Notes: generated by a model not told the origin, from the letters alone. DNA of 64,000 nt from Candidatus Magasanikiibacteriota bacterium (GCA_026396515.1 JAPLWQ010000003.1:163569-227568), one strand, 5' to 3'; counted from the stretch's first letter, positions 1-10,400 are shown. A program made the numbers and translations.

Positions 1-1167
1 ACACGAAGTGATGAATTATTGCAAAGAGAAGCCGCTCTAGAGGCGGAAATTGCGAGTTTGGGCGGGGGAGAGGCCGCATCGGCTGAAGAGCCGATTGAAG
101 CCGCTGTTTCCGAAGATCCGGCTGTTGAGGCTCCTGCGGAAGCGCCTGCAGAAACCGGCGGGGCGCCAAAGGAAGTGATGTTCGGAGCGGAGGAAATGAA
201 AAAATTGATTGATTCGGCGGCTGGCGCTGAACCGAAGCTGGCGATGAAGTTAGAGGAAGAAAATAGCGTTGGTGATTATAATCCGGCAAAAAATAAATTG
301 GCTCGTATAACTGAAGAGGGTTTGCAGGAACTTCGCGCGGTCTATGATAAACACGGCGAAAATCCTGATCTTGATAAATTTCCGATAATGAAAGAGTGGC
401 ACGGCCGGATGAAAAATATGATTGATTGCATTCAAACCTTTATTGATATTAGAAATAAGCCGGATTTCATAAAACAGACAACAGAGGGGGCTCTGGAAAC
501 AATGAAAACGGACATGCCGAATAAGGGCAGAATAGAACTCGCGAGATTAATCCAGGATTCGAAGGCAATACCTGGAGCGGCCGAGCGATTGGCTCAAGAA
601 ATTGGCACGAAACCACTTGATATTTTACAGGAGAAAAAAAATCAGTTGGACGCAAAGCTTGGCGCGGAGGGCAGGCCGGAAAGCGCTGTTTTTAATCAGG
701 CCATGTTTCATGATATACCAAATATCACTTCAGCGATGGAAACTGTTGATCCAGCCCAGGCGGACGCATACCATGAATTTTTCGCCAAAGGTATGGTAGA
801 ATCGTTTAAAGGTAAAAAGCCGGATGAAGTGCGCCAAGCACTATTAACACAAGGATCCAATGCAAGTGTTTACCGTGAGCTAGGGTTAGTATTTGATAGA
901 ATGAAAGAAGGGAAGGATTTTTCAGAAGGTGCTGGAAAAGCGATAGCTGAAATGATTCAAATTTTAGAGGAGAGCGATAAGGTTGAGCAGGTAAAGGGTA
1001 TGTATAGTAAAAGGACGGAGCCAGTTAAAGGTGAATCTGAGTTTTTAACAGACAGTTTTGTTGAACGGGTTTCAGAGGCTAAGTATAAAAAACCAGAGGA
1101 AAAACAGAGGATAATGTCTACGATACGAGAATCGATAAAGGCCTTGAAAGATAAATATAGTAAATAA
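1..1167 (+). CDS. Hypothetical protein, 5'-partial. The frame is open from window position 1. The N-terminus is acidic and Ala/Glu/Pro-rich, followed by a helical region.
   Basis: Long ORF with no upstream stop in-frame. Ends at TAA, followed by a terminator. No recognisable motif. Confidence 0.45.
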   Translation, partial: TRSDELLQREAALEAEIASLGGGEAASAEEPIEAAVSEDPAVEAPAEAPAETGGAPKEVMFGAEEMKKLIDSAAGAEPKLAMKLEEENSVGDYNPAKNKLARITEEGLQELRAVYDKHGENPDLDKFPIMKEWHGRMKNMIDCIQTFIDIRNKPDFIKQTTEGALETMKTDMPNKGRIELARLIQDSKAIPGAAERLAQEIGTKPLDILQEKKNQLDAKLGAEGRPESAVFNQAMFHDIPNITSAMETVDPAQADAYHEFFAKGMVESFKGKKPDEVRQALLTQGSNASVYRELGLVFDRMKEGKDFSEGAGKAIAEMIQILEESDKVEQVKGMYSKRTEPVKGESEFLTDSFVERVSEAKYKKPEEKQRIMSTIRESIKALKDKYSK

Positions 1168-1197
1168 AAAAAATCCGCCGTAAGGCGGATTTTTTTA
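1168..1197 (+). terminator. Rho-independent terminator
   Basis: A-tract, stem tccgcc/ggcgga with gtaa loop, then T7 tract (aaaaaaaatccgccgtaaggcggattttttt). Confidence 0.8.
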
Positions 1198-1208
1198 CAT
1201 CACCCTAA

Positions 1209-1272
1209 CCCTCTCCTTGGTAAGGAGAGGGAAGTATGACTCTCCCTCAGTCCCTCTCTTTGTAAGAGAGGG
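1209..1272. repeat. Two tandem copies of a hairpin-forming repeat of about 22 nt. They are ccctctccttggtaaggagaggg and ccctctctttgtaagagaggg, each followed by aagt.
   Basis: Direct reading. Two near-identical imperfect palindromes lie between convergent genes. There is no U-tract after either. Confidence 0.6.
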
Positions 1273-1277
1273 AAGTC

Positions 1278-2597
1278 TTAGCGGACCATTCTCTCATAAA
1301 TCGTTCCGAAGAGATTGCGTGGATCGGTTTTTTGTTTGATGCGGTTGTAGAGTTCAAGATTGTATATTTCTGCGAAGCGCTCCTTGGTGTAGTGGTTGCG
1401 CGAAATAAGAGTTTTTACTCCGCCCAGTTCATAGACCTTTTGCTCCATCATTTCCGAATAATCAATTTTCGGGTCGTTGTTCGGTTTGCCGTAAATGGCG
1501 GCGTCAATAATGAAATTTTCTCCGGCTTTTTTTGCGTGAGACGGGTTGACCCAAGGATACATGCCCTGTGGCATTTTATAGGGTACTATCCAGAGCGGGA
1601 AGAAATTGAAATCACGGGCGTACCAGCGCCAAAAGTCGGGGAACTTTTTCGAAGGGATAAAAACATCCACCACCACCTCGGTTCGGAGTTTCGTTTTCCT
1701 GAATATTCCGGCCAGTCGTTTGGCCCATTTGATCATATTGGTAGAGCCGAGAACTATTTTGCCGAAAAACAATCGGCTAAGCTTTGTTTCCATAAGCGGC
1801 AGGGCTTTTGCCAACCAGTGGCAATCGGCGTCATAGCGAAAAAAGTATTGATCGGTTTTTATATAGTCCTCGTCGCGTGTGAGTGTGCTTTTGTAGAAAA
1901 TATTTATCCATTCATAGTTCGACGTGTATGGCGCGGTATCAACCATATTCCCGAGGCAGGCGACAAATGAATTTGTTCCATGGATAATGGCATCCACGAA
2001 TTCGTAGTCCGCGCGCTCACAGCGTTCCAGGAGGTATTTGTAGAAAATATCAAAGTCGCTGAATTTTTTGTATGTCATCTTCACGAACGGCTTGGCCGGG
2101 TAAAGTTTGAATTTCAATTTGGTGACCAGCGCGAGGGTGCCATAGGAACCGTGTATCATATTAAATAATTCGGGATCTTTTTCGCGCGAGCAGGTGAGTA
2201 CTTCGCCATTCGCGGAAATTACCTCATAGGCCAGACAGGAATCGTGAAAACCGCCGTATTTGTAGGACATGGCCTCAATGGAACAGCCGGAAACCGCTCC
2301 GCCAATGGTAATTCCCTTTAGTTCAGGCACAACAAAGGGGACAAGCCCGAGAGACAGTGTTTTTTTCACAAGATCATAAAAAGTGACACCCGATTCGGCG
2401 GTACAGGTTTTGTTTATAGCGTCAATTTTAATAACCTGATCCAAGTCGCCGATATATATTTTTTCATTTACCTCAACTCTGCCTGAATTGGGCACCACGT
2501 GCGGAACGGATTTTTTTACAAACGCGAGCGGCTTTCCGGCCGCTGCTTTGACTTTAATTTGTTCGGCGATGGATTTTATCTTTTCCTCGTGTGTCAT
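1278..2597 (-). CDS. FAD-binding oxidoreductase (PCMH-type FAD-binding domain; FAD-linked oxidase family)
   Basis: 439 aa. The motif GITIGGAVSGCSIE...YGGFHDS is typical of the FAD_binding_4 fold. No antisense alternative fits better. Confidence 0.65.
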   Translation of the reverse strand: MTHEEKIKSIAEQIKVKAAAGKPLAFVKKSVPHVVPNSGRVEVNEKIYIGDLDQVIKIDAINKTCTAESGVTFYDLVKKTLSLGLVPFVVPELKGITIGGAVSGCSIEAMSYKYGGFHDSCLAYEVISANGEVLTCSREKDPELFNMIHGSYGTLALVTKLKFKLYPAKPFVKMTYKKFSDFDIFYKYLLERCERADYEFVDAIIHGTNSFVACLGNMVDTAPYTSNYEWINIFYKSTLTRDEDYIKTDQYFFRYDADCHWLAKALPLMETKLSRLFFGKIVLGSTNMIKWAKRLAGIFRKTKLRTEVVVDVFIPSKKFPDFWRWYARDFNFFPLWIVPYKMPQGMYPWVNPSHAKKAGENFIIDAAIYGKPNNDPKIDYSEMMEQKVYELGGVKTLISRNHYTKERFAEIYNLELYNRIKQKTDPRNLFGTIYERMVR

Positions 2598-2745
2598 ATT
2601 TTTTACGAATTATATCGCTCGTGGCCACTTATTGTGGTATAATTGTACTATAACATTTAGACCAGAACAAAGTTTTTGTCAACGTTAGCTCTTGCCATAT
2701 TATCTTACTGTGCTAATATATTTTCAGTTATAATTAATATCATAT

Positions 2746-3462
2746 ATGCGAAAAACCATATATTTTGCGGCGATATTTGTAGCGTTGGCGTTCGTATTTA
2801 CCGGTTGCGGTAAAAAAACAGCCGGACCGGCCGGAGTTGAAGACCAAAAAGCGGACAGCACCAGCGTGGAGGAATTTCAGGCGACAATTGAGGAGATGGC
2901 GAGATCCGGCAAACCATACCAGTGCGATTATTCGGTTAACGATGAGAACGGCAAGCAGGTTGGTACGCTATATTTTGCCGGCGAAAATAATTTTCGCGGC
3001 GATGTGAAAATTACCATGGCGGATACTGGGGACCAGACAACTCATTTTATCAAAGACGGTGAAACGCAATATATTTGGACTGATGGCCAGACGACCGGCA
3101 TGAAGATAACCATTACCAAAGAGGAAGAGGCGAAAATGAAAGAAGACGCCGCACAGAATAAGCAACAAGGCGTGGATATGAATACCAAGGCGGATTTGAG
3201 ATGCAAAAAATGGTCTCCGGATAAAGCAATAATGACGCCGCCGGGCAATATCAAGTTTCAGAGTTTGGATGAGATGATGCAAGCGGTAACCGGCGGGGCT
3301 TTCGGAGCGGGAGCAGGTGCAGAAGAGGGTAGCGCCGGTGGATCAGTGGATGGCGGCCCCGGAACGAGCTTAAACGCGGACGATATTAATATGTGTTCTA
3401 TCTGCGAAAAAATGCCGGTTGGGGCGGCGCGAAATTCCTGCATGCAGTCTAATTGCGAATAA
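2746..3462 (+). CDS. Putative lipoprotein with a Cys-rich C-terminus
   Basis: Signal peptide plus lipobox (FTGCGKK). Gly/Ala-rich linker. The C-terminus has CSICEK...CMQSNCE. Confidence 0.55.
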   Translation: MRKTIYFAAIFVALAFVFTGCGKKTAGPAGVEDQKADSTSVEEFQATIEEMARSGKPYQCDYSVNDENGKQVGTLYFAGENNFRGDVKITMADTGDQTTHFIKDGETQYIWTDGQTTGMKITITKEEEAKMKEDAAQNKQQGVDMNTKADLRCKKWSPDKAIMTPPGNIKFQSLDEMMQAVTGGAFGAGAGAEEGSAGGSVDGGPGTSLNADDINMCSICEKMPVGAARNSCMQSNCE

Positions 3463-3482
3463 TATATCGGTTTGCTTCGTAT

Positions 3483-3806
3483 ATGAAGAAAATTATTTGT
3501 TTATCATCAACCCTAATCATCGCCGTTTTTTTACTTTCCGGCTGTGCCAGCGTAGCTGAAAAGGGGGCTGTAAAAACGCCGCCGGAAAATAAAACTCCCG
3601 CCGCTTGCCAGGTTGATAGCGATTGCGTGCCAAAACCGGAGTGCCATCCGATGGAATGTATCCCGTCAAAAGACGCTAAGAATTATGAAAAGCCGAAGAT
3701 GTGCACTTTGATGTTTAGCTATCAGGCAGCGTATTCCGCTGAAGATTGTGCTTGTGTCGAAGGCGCCTGCGTCAACAAAAATATTGGACGCAAGGCCGAG
3801 TATTAA
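3483..3806 (+). CDS. Small Cys-rich lipoprotein
   Basis: MKKIICLSSTLIIAVFLLSGCAS lipobox. Eight or more Cys residues in the mature part. The start was moved to an internal ATG with the signal peptide. Confidence 0.5.
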   Translation: MKKIICLSSTLIIAVFLLSGCASVAEKGAVKTPPENKTPAACQVDSDCVPKPECHPMECIPSKDAKNYEKPKMCTLMFSYQAAYSAEDCACVEGACVNKNIGRKAEY

Positions 3807-3846
3807 ATTTTTAAGCTGGACACACCCAGCAATTTGGCATTAACGT

Positions 3847-4437
3847 ATGAAAAATTTATTTAAGGCAGTACTATTCGTGGTTGTAATATTGGCGTTTGGA
3901 GCGATGATCGGCTGGCTTTTGGCAAAAGACGCTAAGCCGGACCGGACTGTCTCCGGCCAGACAATTTTATCGGCGTTACGCGAGCGCGGATTTTTGGTGA
4001 CTGAAACCAGCGTGTCCACTGTGGCCACAACAATTATAGACAATGATTCAAGCATTTGGAAAAAATTGTTCTGGGGCCAGGAGATCCGGGCGTCGGCGGT
4101 GATGGAAGTAAATTTGGGTGTTGACCTGGAAGAAATGAAAGCTGAAGACATTCAAATGTCCGGCGGAAAAATTACTGTTACCATCCCCGGGGCAAAAATT
4201 TTCAATTCGCGGTTGGTTGGGGATATAAATGTGGAAAACAAGCAGGGGATACTGAAGCGAATATTGGAGAATGATGACGGATATAATCAAGCCATGGCCG
4301 AGTTGATCAAGCAGGCCGAGTCAGCGGCCACTTCCACACTGATGATGGAGGCGGCGAATGATAAAGCCAAGGAGGAAATAAAGCGTCTGGTGGGTTATAT
4401 GGCGCCGGACAAAGAGGTAACAGTGACGATAAAATAG
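3847..4437 (+). CDS. DUF4230-like membrane-anchored protein
   Basis: N-terminal TM helix. Overall architecture resembles DUF4230 family proteins. Assigned from memory of the family pattern only. Confidence 0.45.
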   Translation: MKNLFKAVLFVVVILAFGAMIGWLLAKDAKPDRTVSGQTILSALRERGFLVTETSVSTVATTIIDNDSSIWKKLFWGQEIRASAVMEVNLGVDLEEMKAEDIQMSGGKITVTIPGAKIFNSRLVGDINVENKQGILKRILENDDGYNQAMAELIKQAESAATSTLMMEAANDKAKEEIKRLVGYMAPDKEVTVTIK

Positions 4438-4450
4438 TAAAATTCTAACA

Positions 4451-4483
4451 AAAAAACTCCGGATTTTGGTCCGGAGTTTTTTA
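4451..4483 (+). terminator. Rho-independent terminator
   Basis: ctccgga-ttttggt-ccggag followed by tttttt. Confidence 0.8.
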
Positions 4484-4545
4484 TTTGACATTTGCTGTAG
4501 CTAGTGGTAGTTTTTTATTTGGTGCTGAACAAAAGGAGGCATGCA

Positions 4546-5154
4546 ATGAGGTTAGATATGTCCGAAAAACAGCTCCTCGCGGGCACGAGGGCTTACAGAC
4601 GCATTCATCCGGAAGAAAAGGACCAGCGCGCCGCTATGTTGCGCCGTCAACGTTCTGCCAACGCCACCACGGACGTTCCGGATGTCGAGGAACTCATGAA
4701 CATCTACGGCGCTGACCTTGTCGAAGCGATCGGTGAATACGATTGGAAGGACCTGTTCGCGAAGTGCGCGACCCCCATCGGACGCGACGAGATTACATTC
4801 TGGCTGGCTCAGTGTTCGTGTCCGGAAGCCAGACGCACGCTCTCTGCGATGTTCTACGATGGGGCCGTGGACTTGTACTGCCTCGTCGGAGCAAAACGGT
4901 GTCTCTGTGTTGAGACCCATCACCCGCAACTGTCCATGTGGGACTGCAAAATTTACCCTTCGGACACCGCGCTCGATTACATGGCAGACGATGTTGACGA
5001 GGTCGCAGACAGTAAACGAACATGCGACTTTGCCGGTGATTCAGACGTTCTCTCCGTTATCTTTGCCGAATGGGTTTTCGGACGGCCGAAAAGCACGGCG
5101 GCCCGCAGCTTCATCTGTTCGGTCTGCGAAAGAGCCGAGGGGCCGCAGATCTGA
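4546..5154 (+). CDS. Hypothetical Cys-rich protein encoded in GC-rich cassette 1
   Basis: AGGAGG SD sits 6 nt before ATG at 4546. About 58% G+C against a 35-40% background. No known motif. Alternative-frame ORFs (4718-5335 and others) look like GC artefacts (Arg/Ser-rich). Confidence 0.45.
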   Translation: MRLDMSEKQLLAGTRAYRRIHPEEKDQRAAMLRRQRSANATTDVPDVEELMNIYGADLVEAIGEYDWKDLFAKCATPIGRDEITFWLAQCSCPEARRTLSAMFYDGAVDLYCLVGAKRCLCVETHHPQLSMWDCKIYPSDTALDYMADDVDEVADSKRTCDFAGDSDVLSVIFAEWVFGRPKSTAARSFICSVCERAEGPQI

Positions 5155-5180
5155 CGCTTCGCTCTTTGAAGAATTTTTAT

Positions 5181-5213
5181 GCCCGGCAGGATTCGTTCCT
5201 GCCGGTTTTTTTA
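5181..5213 (+). terminator. Rho-independent terminator after the cassette-1 gene A
   Basis: cccggcagg-attcgtt-cctgccgg followed by ttttttt. Confidence 0.75.
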
Positions 5214-5244
5214 TATTTCATACCAATATCGTCAACATTGGCCT

Positions 5245-5272
5245 TGACAAAACCCATATTTTATGCTATACT
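5245..5272 (+). promoter_or_regulatory. Near-consensus sigma70-type promoter (TTGACA, 16 nt spacer, TGcTATACT) for gene B of cassette 1
   Basis: Direct reading. -35 TTGACA at 5245-5250, extended -10 at 5264-5272. Confidence 0.55.
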
Positions 5273-5324
5273 CTGCTCAGACAACGTGGTTTTTTTGGTG
5301 TTTTCACCCTAAAAAGGAGGAAAG

Positions 5325-5597
5325 ATGGCAAGTAGAGCCAGAACGCCGATGAAGAATTTCCGATTGACGGACATCAGGTCAGGACAGCTCGTCAGCAACG
5401 GCCTGGTGCGAGCCGTATCGGCCGAAGCTGCATCGCGCAACTTTGCGCTGATCAAGTTCAGAGACGAGAGCCTTATGGTTTTCTTCCGCGCCGACGAGGT
5501 TGACATGATGGGCGTGAATATCGAAAATGCCTGCCCCGAGTGCGGTTTGTCCGACCCGAACATTGGCGACGAATTTCCCTGCCCCAACTGCACCTAA
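5325..5597 (+). CDS. Hypothetical small protein with a C-terminal zinc ribbon (CPECG...CPNC), in GC-rich cassette 1
   Basis: AAAAAGGAGGAAAG SD then ATG. 90 aa. GC-rich. Own promoter and terminator. Confidence 0.45.
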   Translation: MASRARTPMKNFRLTDIRSGQLVSNGLVRAVSAEAASRNFALIKFRDESLMVFFRADEVDMMGVNIENACPECGLSDPNIGDEFPCPNCT

Positions 5598-5619
5598 CAA
5601 CCCACCGCTCATTCCCGCC

Positions 5620-5650
5620 AAACCCGCATCCCGCGGGTTTTACGTTTTTT
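5620..5650 (+). terminator. Rho-independent terminator
   Basis: aacccgc-atc-ccgcgggtt followed by a T-rich tail. Confidence 0.65.
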
Positions 5651-5689
5651 ATGGAAAAGTGATACAATACCAGCAATTAATATATACTT

Positions 5690-7420
5690 ATGTATAAAAA
5701 AATCTGCCTGGTATTTTTTGTTGCCGGTTTGCTGTTAATCGCTTCTCCGGTTTTTGCCGAAGAAAAAATTGATAAATTTGTCACTGACATTCAGCTTCAT
5801 AGCGACGCCACCATTAATATTGAAGAAAGCATTGCTTATGATTTTGGCGATGCCGAGCGTCACGGAATATTTCGCGATATTACAATCGGTTACAAGGCGC
5901 GCGGTGGAAATTATAAATTGCGGGTGTCAGACATTTCGGTGGTTGATGAAAAAAATAATCCTTACACTTTTACCACTTCATATTCAGGCAGTAATTTGCA
6001 GATTAAAATCGGTGATGCCGAAACGCTCATAACCGGTAAGCACATTTACCGCATTCGCTATACGGTGGGGCGCGCCATAAATTATTTTAAAGACCACGAC
6101 GAGTTGTACTGGAATGCCACTGGTAATGGTTGGGAAGTGCCGATCGGTGAAGCCGAGACCATTGTCCGACTTGAGAGCGATTTGCCGGATAGCGATGTAA
6201 CGCGGACATGTTTTTTCGGCCCCTATGGCAGCACTTCGGTATGCGATATGTCGGTAGTAGAGGAAAACAAGGTGGAAGCCGGCGGTTCGGTTTCCGCTGT
6301 TTTATTTAAAGCCAAGAATCTCGGTTCGTATGAAGGGCTGACTGTGGTGGTGGGTGTACCGGTTGGCACTATTCAAAAACCGCCTCTCACGGAGACTATT
6401 TGGGAAATTATCCGCGACAACGGCATTTTGTTGTTGCCGGTTATTATTTTTCTATTGCTTTTCAGGCGTTGGAAAAAATATGGCAAAGACGCTAAGGGTA
6501 GAGGAACGATCATTCCCGAATATGAAGCACCGGACAATTTAGCGCCGGCCGAGGTTGGCACTCTTTATGACAACCGGGCCGACCGGACCGATGTATCGGC
6601 GCAAATTATTCAGCTTGCGGTTAATGGCTACTTAAAAATACGGCGGGAGGAAACCGGCGCGGTATTTAAGAGTACTGATTATGTTTTTACGAAATTGAAA
6701 CCTTCAGTTGATCTGACGAAAAGTTTCGACAAGGAAATAATGGATAATCTGTTTGAAAAAGGGGAAGTGGTTAAATTATCCGATTTGAAATATGAGTTTG
6801 CTTCCGCCATGCAGAAAATAATCAAGAATCTGTATGAAGACCTGACCAAAGACGGGTATTACAAAAACAATCCGATGATGACCAAAGTGAAATATTTGGC
6901 CGGTAGCTGTCTGACTTTTTTCCTGGCTTTTTTTATCGGAGCATTTTTCGGATTTTTGGGAATATTCTCCATTATTGTTGCGGCATTGATTATTTTAGTA
7001 TTTGCATTTATCATGCCGGCTTTAACCCAAAAAGGCGCGGAAACAAAAGAGAAAATTCTTGGGCTGAAGCTGTATATGACTGTAGCAGAGGAAGCGCGAA
7101 TAAAATTTCACAATGCGCCGGAAAAAAATCCGGAAAGGTTTGAGAAATTATTACCCTATGCCATGGTGATGAAAGTGGAAAAAGAATGGGCCAAGCAGTT
7201 TGAAGGGATATACAATATTCAGCCGAAGTGGTATGAGGATCCGTCGCATCAGGGTATGTTTAACGCGGTTCTGCTCACCAGCAGTTTGTCCAGTTTTGAC
7301 ACTACGGCGGCGTCCACGCTCGGCGCCACGGTTTCCTCTTCTGCCTCGTCCGGCGGGAGCGGTTTTAGCGGCGGAGGTTCGGGCGGCGGATTTGGCGGCG
7401 GTGGGGGAGGTAGTTGGTAG
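5690..7420 (+). CDS. DUF2207 domain membrane protein
   Basis: Signal peptide, large extracellular N-domain, central TM helices, then a C-terminal SGGSGFSGGGSGGGFGGGGGG tail. All are characteristic of DUF2207. Confidence 0.7.
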   Translation: MYKKICLVFFVAGLLLIASPVFAEEKIDKFVTDIQLHSDATINIEESIAYDFGDAERHGIFRDITIGYKARGGNYKLRVSDISVVDEKNNPYTFTTSYSGSNLQIKIGDAETLITGKHIYRIRYTVGRAINYFKDHDELYWNATGNGWEVPIGEAETIVRLESDLPDSDVTRTCFFGPYGSTSVCDMSVVEENKVEAGGSVSAVLFKAKNLGSYEGLTVVVGVPVGTIQKPPLTETIWEIIRDNGILLLPVIIFLLLFRRWKKYGKDAKGRGTIIPEYEAPDNLAPAEVGTLYDNRADRTDVSAQIIQLAVNGYLKIRREETGAVFKSTDYVFTKLKPSVDLTKSFDKEIMDNLFEKGEVVKLSDLKYEFASAMQKIIKNLYEDLTKDGYYKNNPMMTKVKYLAGSCLTFFLAFFIGAFFGFLGIFSIIVAALIILVFAFIMPALTQKGAETKEKILGLKLYMTVAEEARIKFHNAPEKNPERFEKLLPYAMVMKVEKEWAKQFEGIYNIQPKWYEDPSHQGMFNAVLLTSSLSSFDTTAASTLGATVSSSASSGGSGFSGGGSGGGFGGGGGGSW

Positions 7421-7484
7421 GTTTTTATGGTATAATATATGAAATATGTTACCCAACCCTGCCTTTAGGAGGGTTATATAGGTT

Positions 7485-10400
7485 ATGAGTTTACGAAAAA
7501 AAAAGAAATTGCCCGTAAAAAGAGATGCCAAATTTAAGGGTGGTCATAAATTTATTATTTCCGAAAGTGAAGAAATGAATCAGGTGCTTATCAACACTAT
7601 GCTTGACGGCGTGGCGATTGTTGATTTTACCGGTAAAGTCATATATTTTAATCCGGCGGCTGAAAAGATTTTTGAAATTGATAATCCGAAAGTGCTGATG
7701 GGGAAAAATGTTTTAAAATATTTATTACCCGCTTCCAAATTGGTGGCGATAAAAGACATGGTTAATGTCAGTTTGGGCAAGGGCGGTTATTTGCAGAGCT
7801 ACCAGATTAGAACGGCCAGGGGGCGCGTTATTTGGATTGAAAATATAGGGACGAAAATTTCTTATGGAGGCAAGTCTGTAATGATAATGTCATTTCGCGA
7901 CATTTCCGAGCGAAAGAAATTTGAAGAGAAAATTGAGGTTGAAGCGAAAAAACTTTCCATTCTCAATGATATTATTGTTGCATCCAATGAAAGTATAAAT
8001 TTGGCGGAGCTGTTGGAATCAATTTTAATTTTGGGCATGCGTTTGCTGAATTTTGATGCGGCTGGCATTTACTTGGTGGACCAAAGCGGAGAATTTGCCG
8101 ATGTGGTTAAAAGTAAAAATATTCCGGAGGGTTTTTTACGGCGGGTAGGTCGTGTGCGCGTAAAAGACAAACCATATAGTAGAATATTTGTAAAAGGAGA
8201 ATCAATTGTATCTGAATATTATGAGAAATTTGTTGCCAAAAAACGTGACACTTTTGGGTTTAAATCTTTAATATCCGTTCCATTGGTTGTAGGAGATAAG
8301 GTGATAGGCGCTTTAAATTTTGTAAGCAAACGTCGCCAAACTATCTCCGCAGATGAACGTATTATGGTTGAGTCCATTGGCAAGGAGCTTGGGAGCACTG
8401 TTAAAAAAATGCAGATGGAAAAGGATCTTATCGATAGCGAGAAGCGATATAGGGTAATTTTTGAAAATACGATGGATATAATTTATTCGTTTAATCCAAA
8501 TGGTAAGGTTATTTTTGTTAGCCCCAATGTAACGCTCTGGGGGTATCAGACAAAGGAGGTGATCGGAGCCGATATTTTTAAATTCGTTCATCCCGATGAT
8601 GTTAAGAATGTTAAGCGTGAATTGCAAAAAACTATTAAAACAAGCCAGACATTTACCACGACGTTTCGCTTGGTAAGGAAAGATGGCACCTTTTTTTACG
8701 CCGAAGAGTTTGGTAAACCGGTTTATGATGGAAATGGCCGTCTGAGCGCTTTTACCGGGGTAATACGCGATATTACCGGTAGAAAAATGTTTGAAGAAGA
8801 GTTAAAGTGCTATAGTGAACGAATGAGAATAATGTTTGAAGATGCGCCTGATGCATATTATATCAGCAGTCTGAAGGGCATTCTTTTGGATGGTAATAAG
8901 GCGGCTGAGAAGATTACCGGATACGAAAGAAAAGAGTTGGTTGGTAACAGCTTTATCAACTTGAGAAAGCTTGTCGCCCCCGGACAAAAATCAAAGATAC
9001 TTTCTTTGCTGTCAAGAAATGTTAAAGGTGAGTCAACAGGCCCGGACGAATTTGAATTGATTAAAAAGGACGGCACTTCCATTTCTGTTGAAATTACTAC
9101 TCATCCTGTAAAAATAAATGGCAAATCGATGGTCCTTGGAATAGCCCGAGACATTTCACAGCGTAAACTAGTTGAAAATTCTTTAAAGGTCAGTGAAGAA
9201 AGATTTTCTAAAGCTTTTCAGTCGTCACCATATGCGAATATCATGACTCGTCCGACGGATGGCAAGGTCATAGATATTAATGCGTCATTTACCGAAATAG
9301 CGGGTTTTAAGCGGTCCGAGGCGATTGGGAAGACGACTGAAGAATTGGGTTTGTGGGCGAATTTTAGCGAGCGCGATAAAGTTGTTGACGACTTGTTAAA
9401 AGGCGTCCCCGTTAAAGGCCGAGTGATACAATTTAGGATAAAGTCGGGTGAAATAATAATTGGAAATTTTTTCGCGGAGCTTATTACTGTCGGACAGGAA
9501 AAAATTATACTTTCAAGCATAAACGATATAACTGAAAAAGTGAAAGCGGAAGAAAAGCTGCGCTTGAGCGAGGAGCGATATCGCAACGTGGTTGAGAAAG
9601 CCGCTGAATCGATTGTAATCGCCCAAGACGGAAAACTAAAATTTTTTAATCCCCAGGTACTTTTAATTACAGGGTATTCCAGAAAAGAATTGGAAGCCAT
9701 GCCTTTTATTATGCTTGTGCATCCGGATGACAGAAAAATGGTTGCCGAACGATACACAAAGCGTTTAAAAGGTGAAAAAACTGTGGAGACATACCCCTTT
9801 AGAATTGTTAATAAACGCGGTGAACAGATATGGGGAGAGATTCGATCGGTATTGATTACGTGGGAGGGAAAGCCGGCAACGCTCAGTTTTTTACAGGAGA
9901 TCACTGGGCGTAAACGGGCTGAGGATGCTTTAAATGCAAGGGTAGTTGAAGTTGAAAAAGCAAAAAAGGCGATGGTAGATGTATTGGAAGATATAGGGCG
10001 GGAAAAAAGTATTTCCGAATCTTTAGCAAAAGATTTGGAAAAATTTAAGCTTGCAGTGGATGGGGCTTCTGATCTCATCGTGATAACCGATATTAATGCA
10101 AAAATAGTATTTGCCAATCGGGCGGCTGAGAGAATTACCGGGTTTAAAATCGATGAAATGATTGGTCATGATCCGGGCGAATTATGGGGCGGTCAAATGA
10201 ATACGGAATATTATAAACGCATGTGGCAGATAATTAAGAAGGATAAAAAAGTATTTAGCGGTGAATTTATCAACAAAAGAAAAAACGGTGAAACCTACGA
10301 TGCTGAAGTGCATGTATCACCGATTATGGACAAAAGCGGTGATATAATTTTCTTTGTAAGCATTGAAAAAGATATTACCCAAGCTAAAGAGGTTGACCGC

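Noticed and set aside
4718-5335. A 205-aa plus-strand ORF, together with 4485-4715, 5070-5312 and the minus-strand 4552-4929 and 4793-5023 ORFs, overlapping the cassette-1 genes
   Set aside because: They have the Arg/Ser/Pro-rich composition typical of off-frame translation of GC-rich DNA and lack SD sequences. The 4546-5154 and 5325-5597 frames have strong SDs plus promoter and terminator pairs.
7300-7420. Gly-codon tandem repeat (GGCGG...) that looked like a microsatellite or CRISPR-like repeat
   Set aside because: It encodes the native poly-Gly/Ser C-terminal tail characteristic of DUF2207 proteins. There are no spacer-repeat units.
9218-10117. A 299-aa minus-strand ORF inside the histidine-kinase gene, and similar antisense ORFs (1332-1970, 21296-21776, 12441-12779, 16393-16809 and others)
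   Set aside because: They are antisense to well-supported conserved genes. They have low-complexity Ser/Phe/Ile-rich composition from AT-rich antisense frames and no start context.
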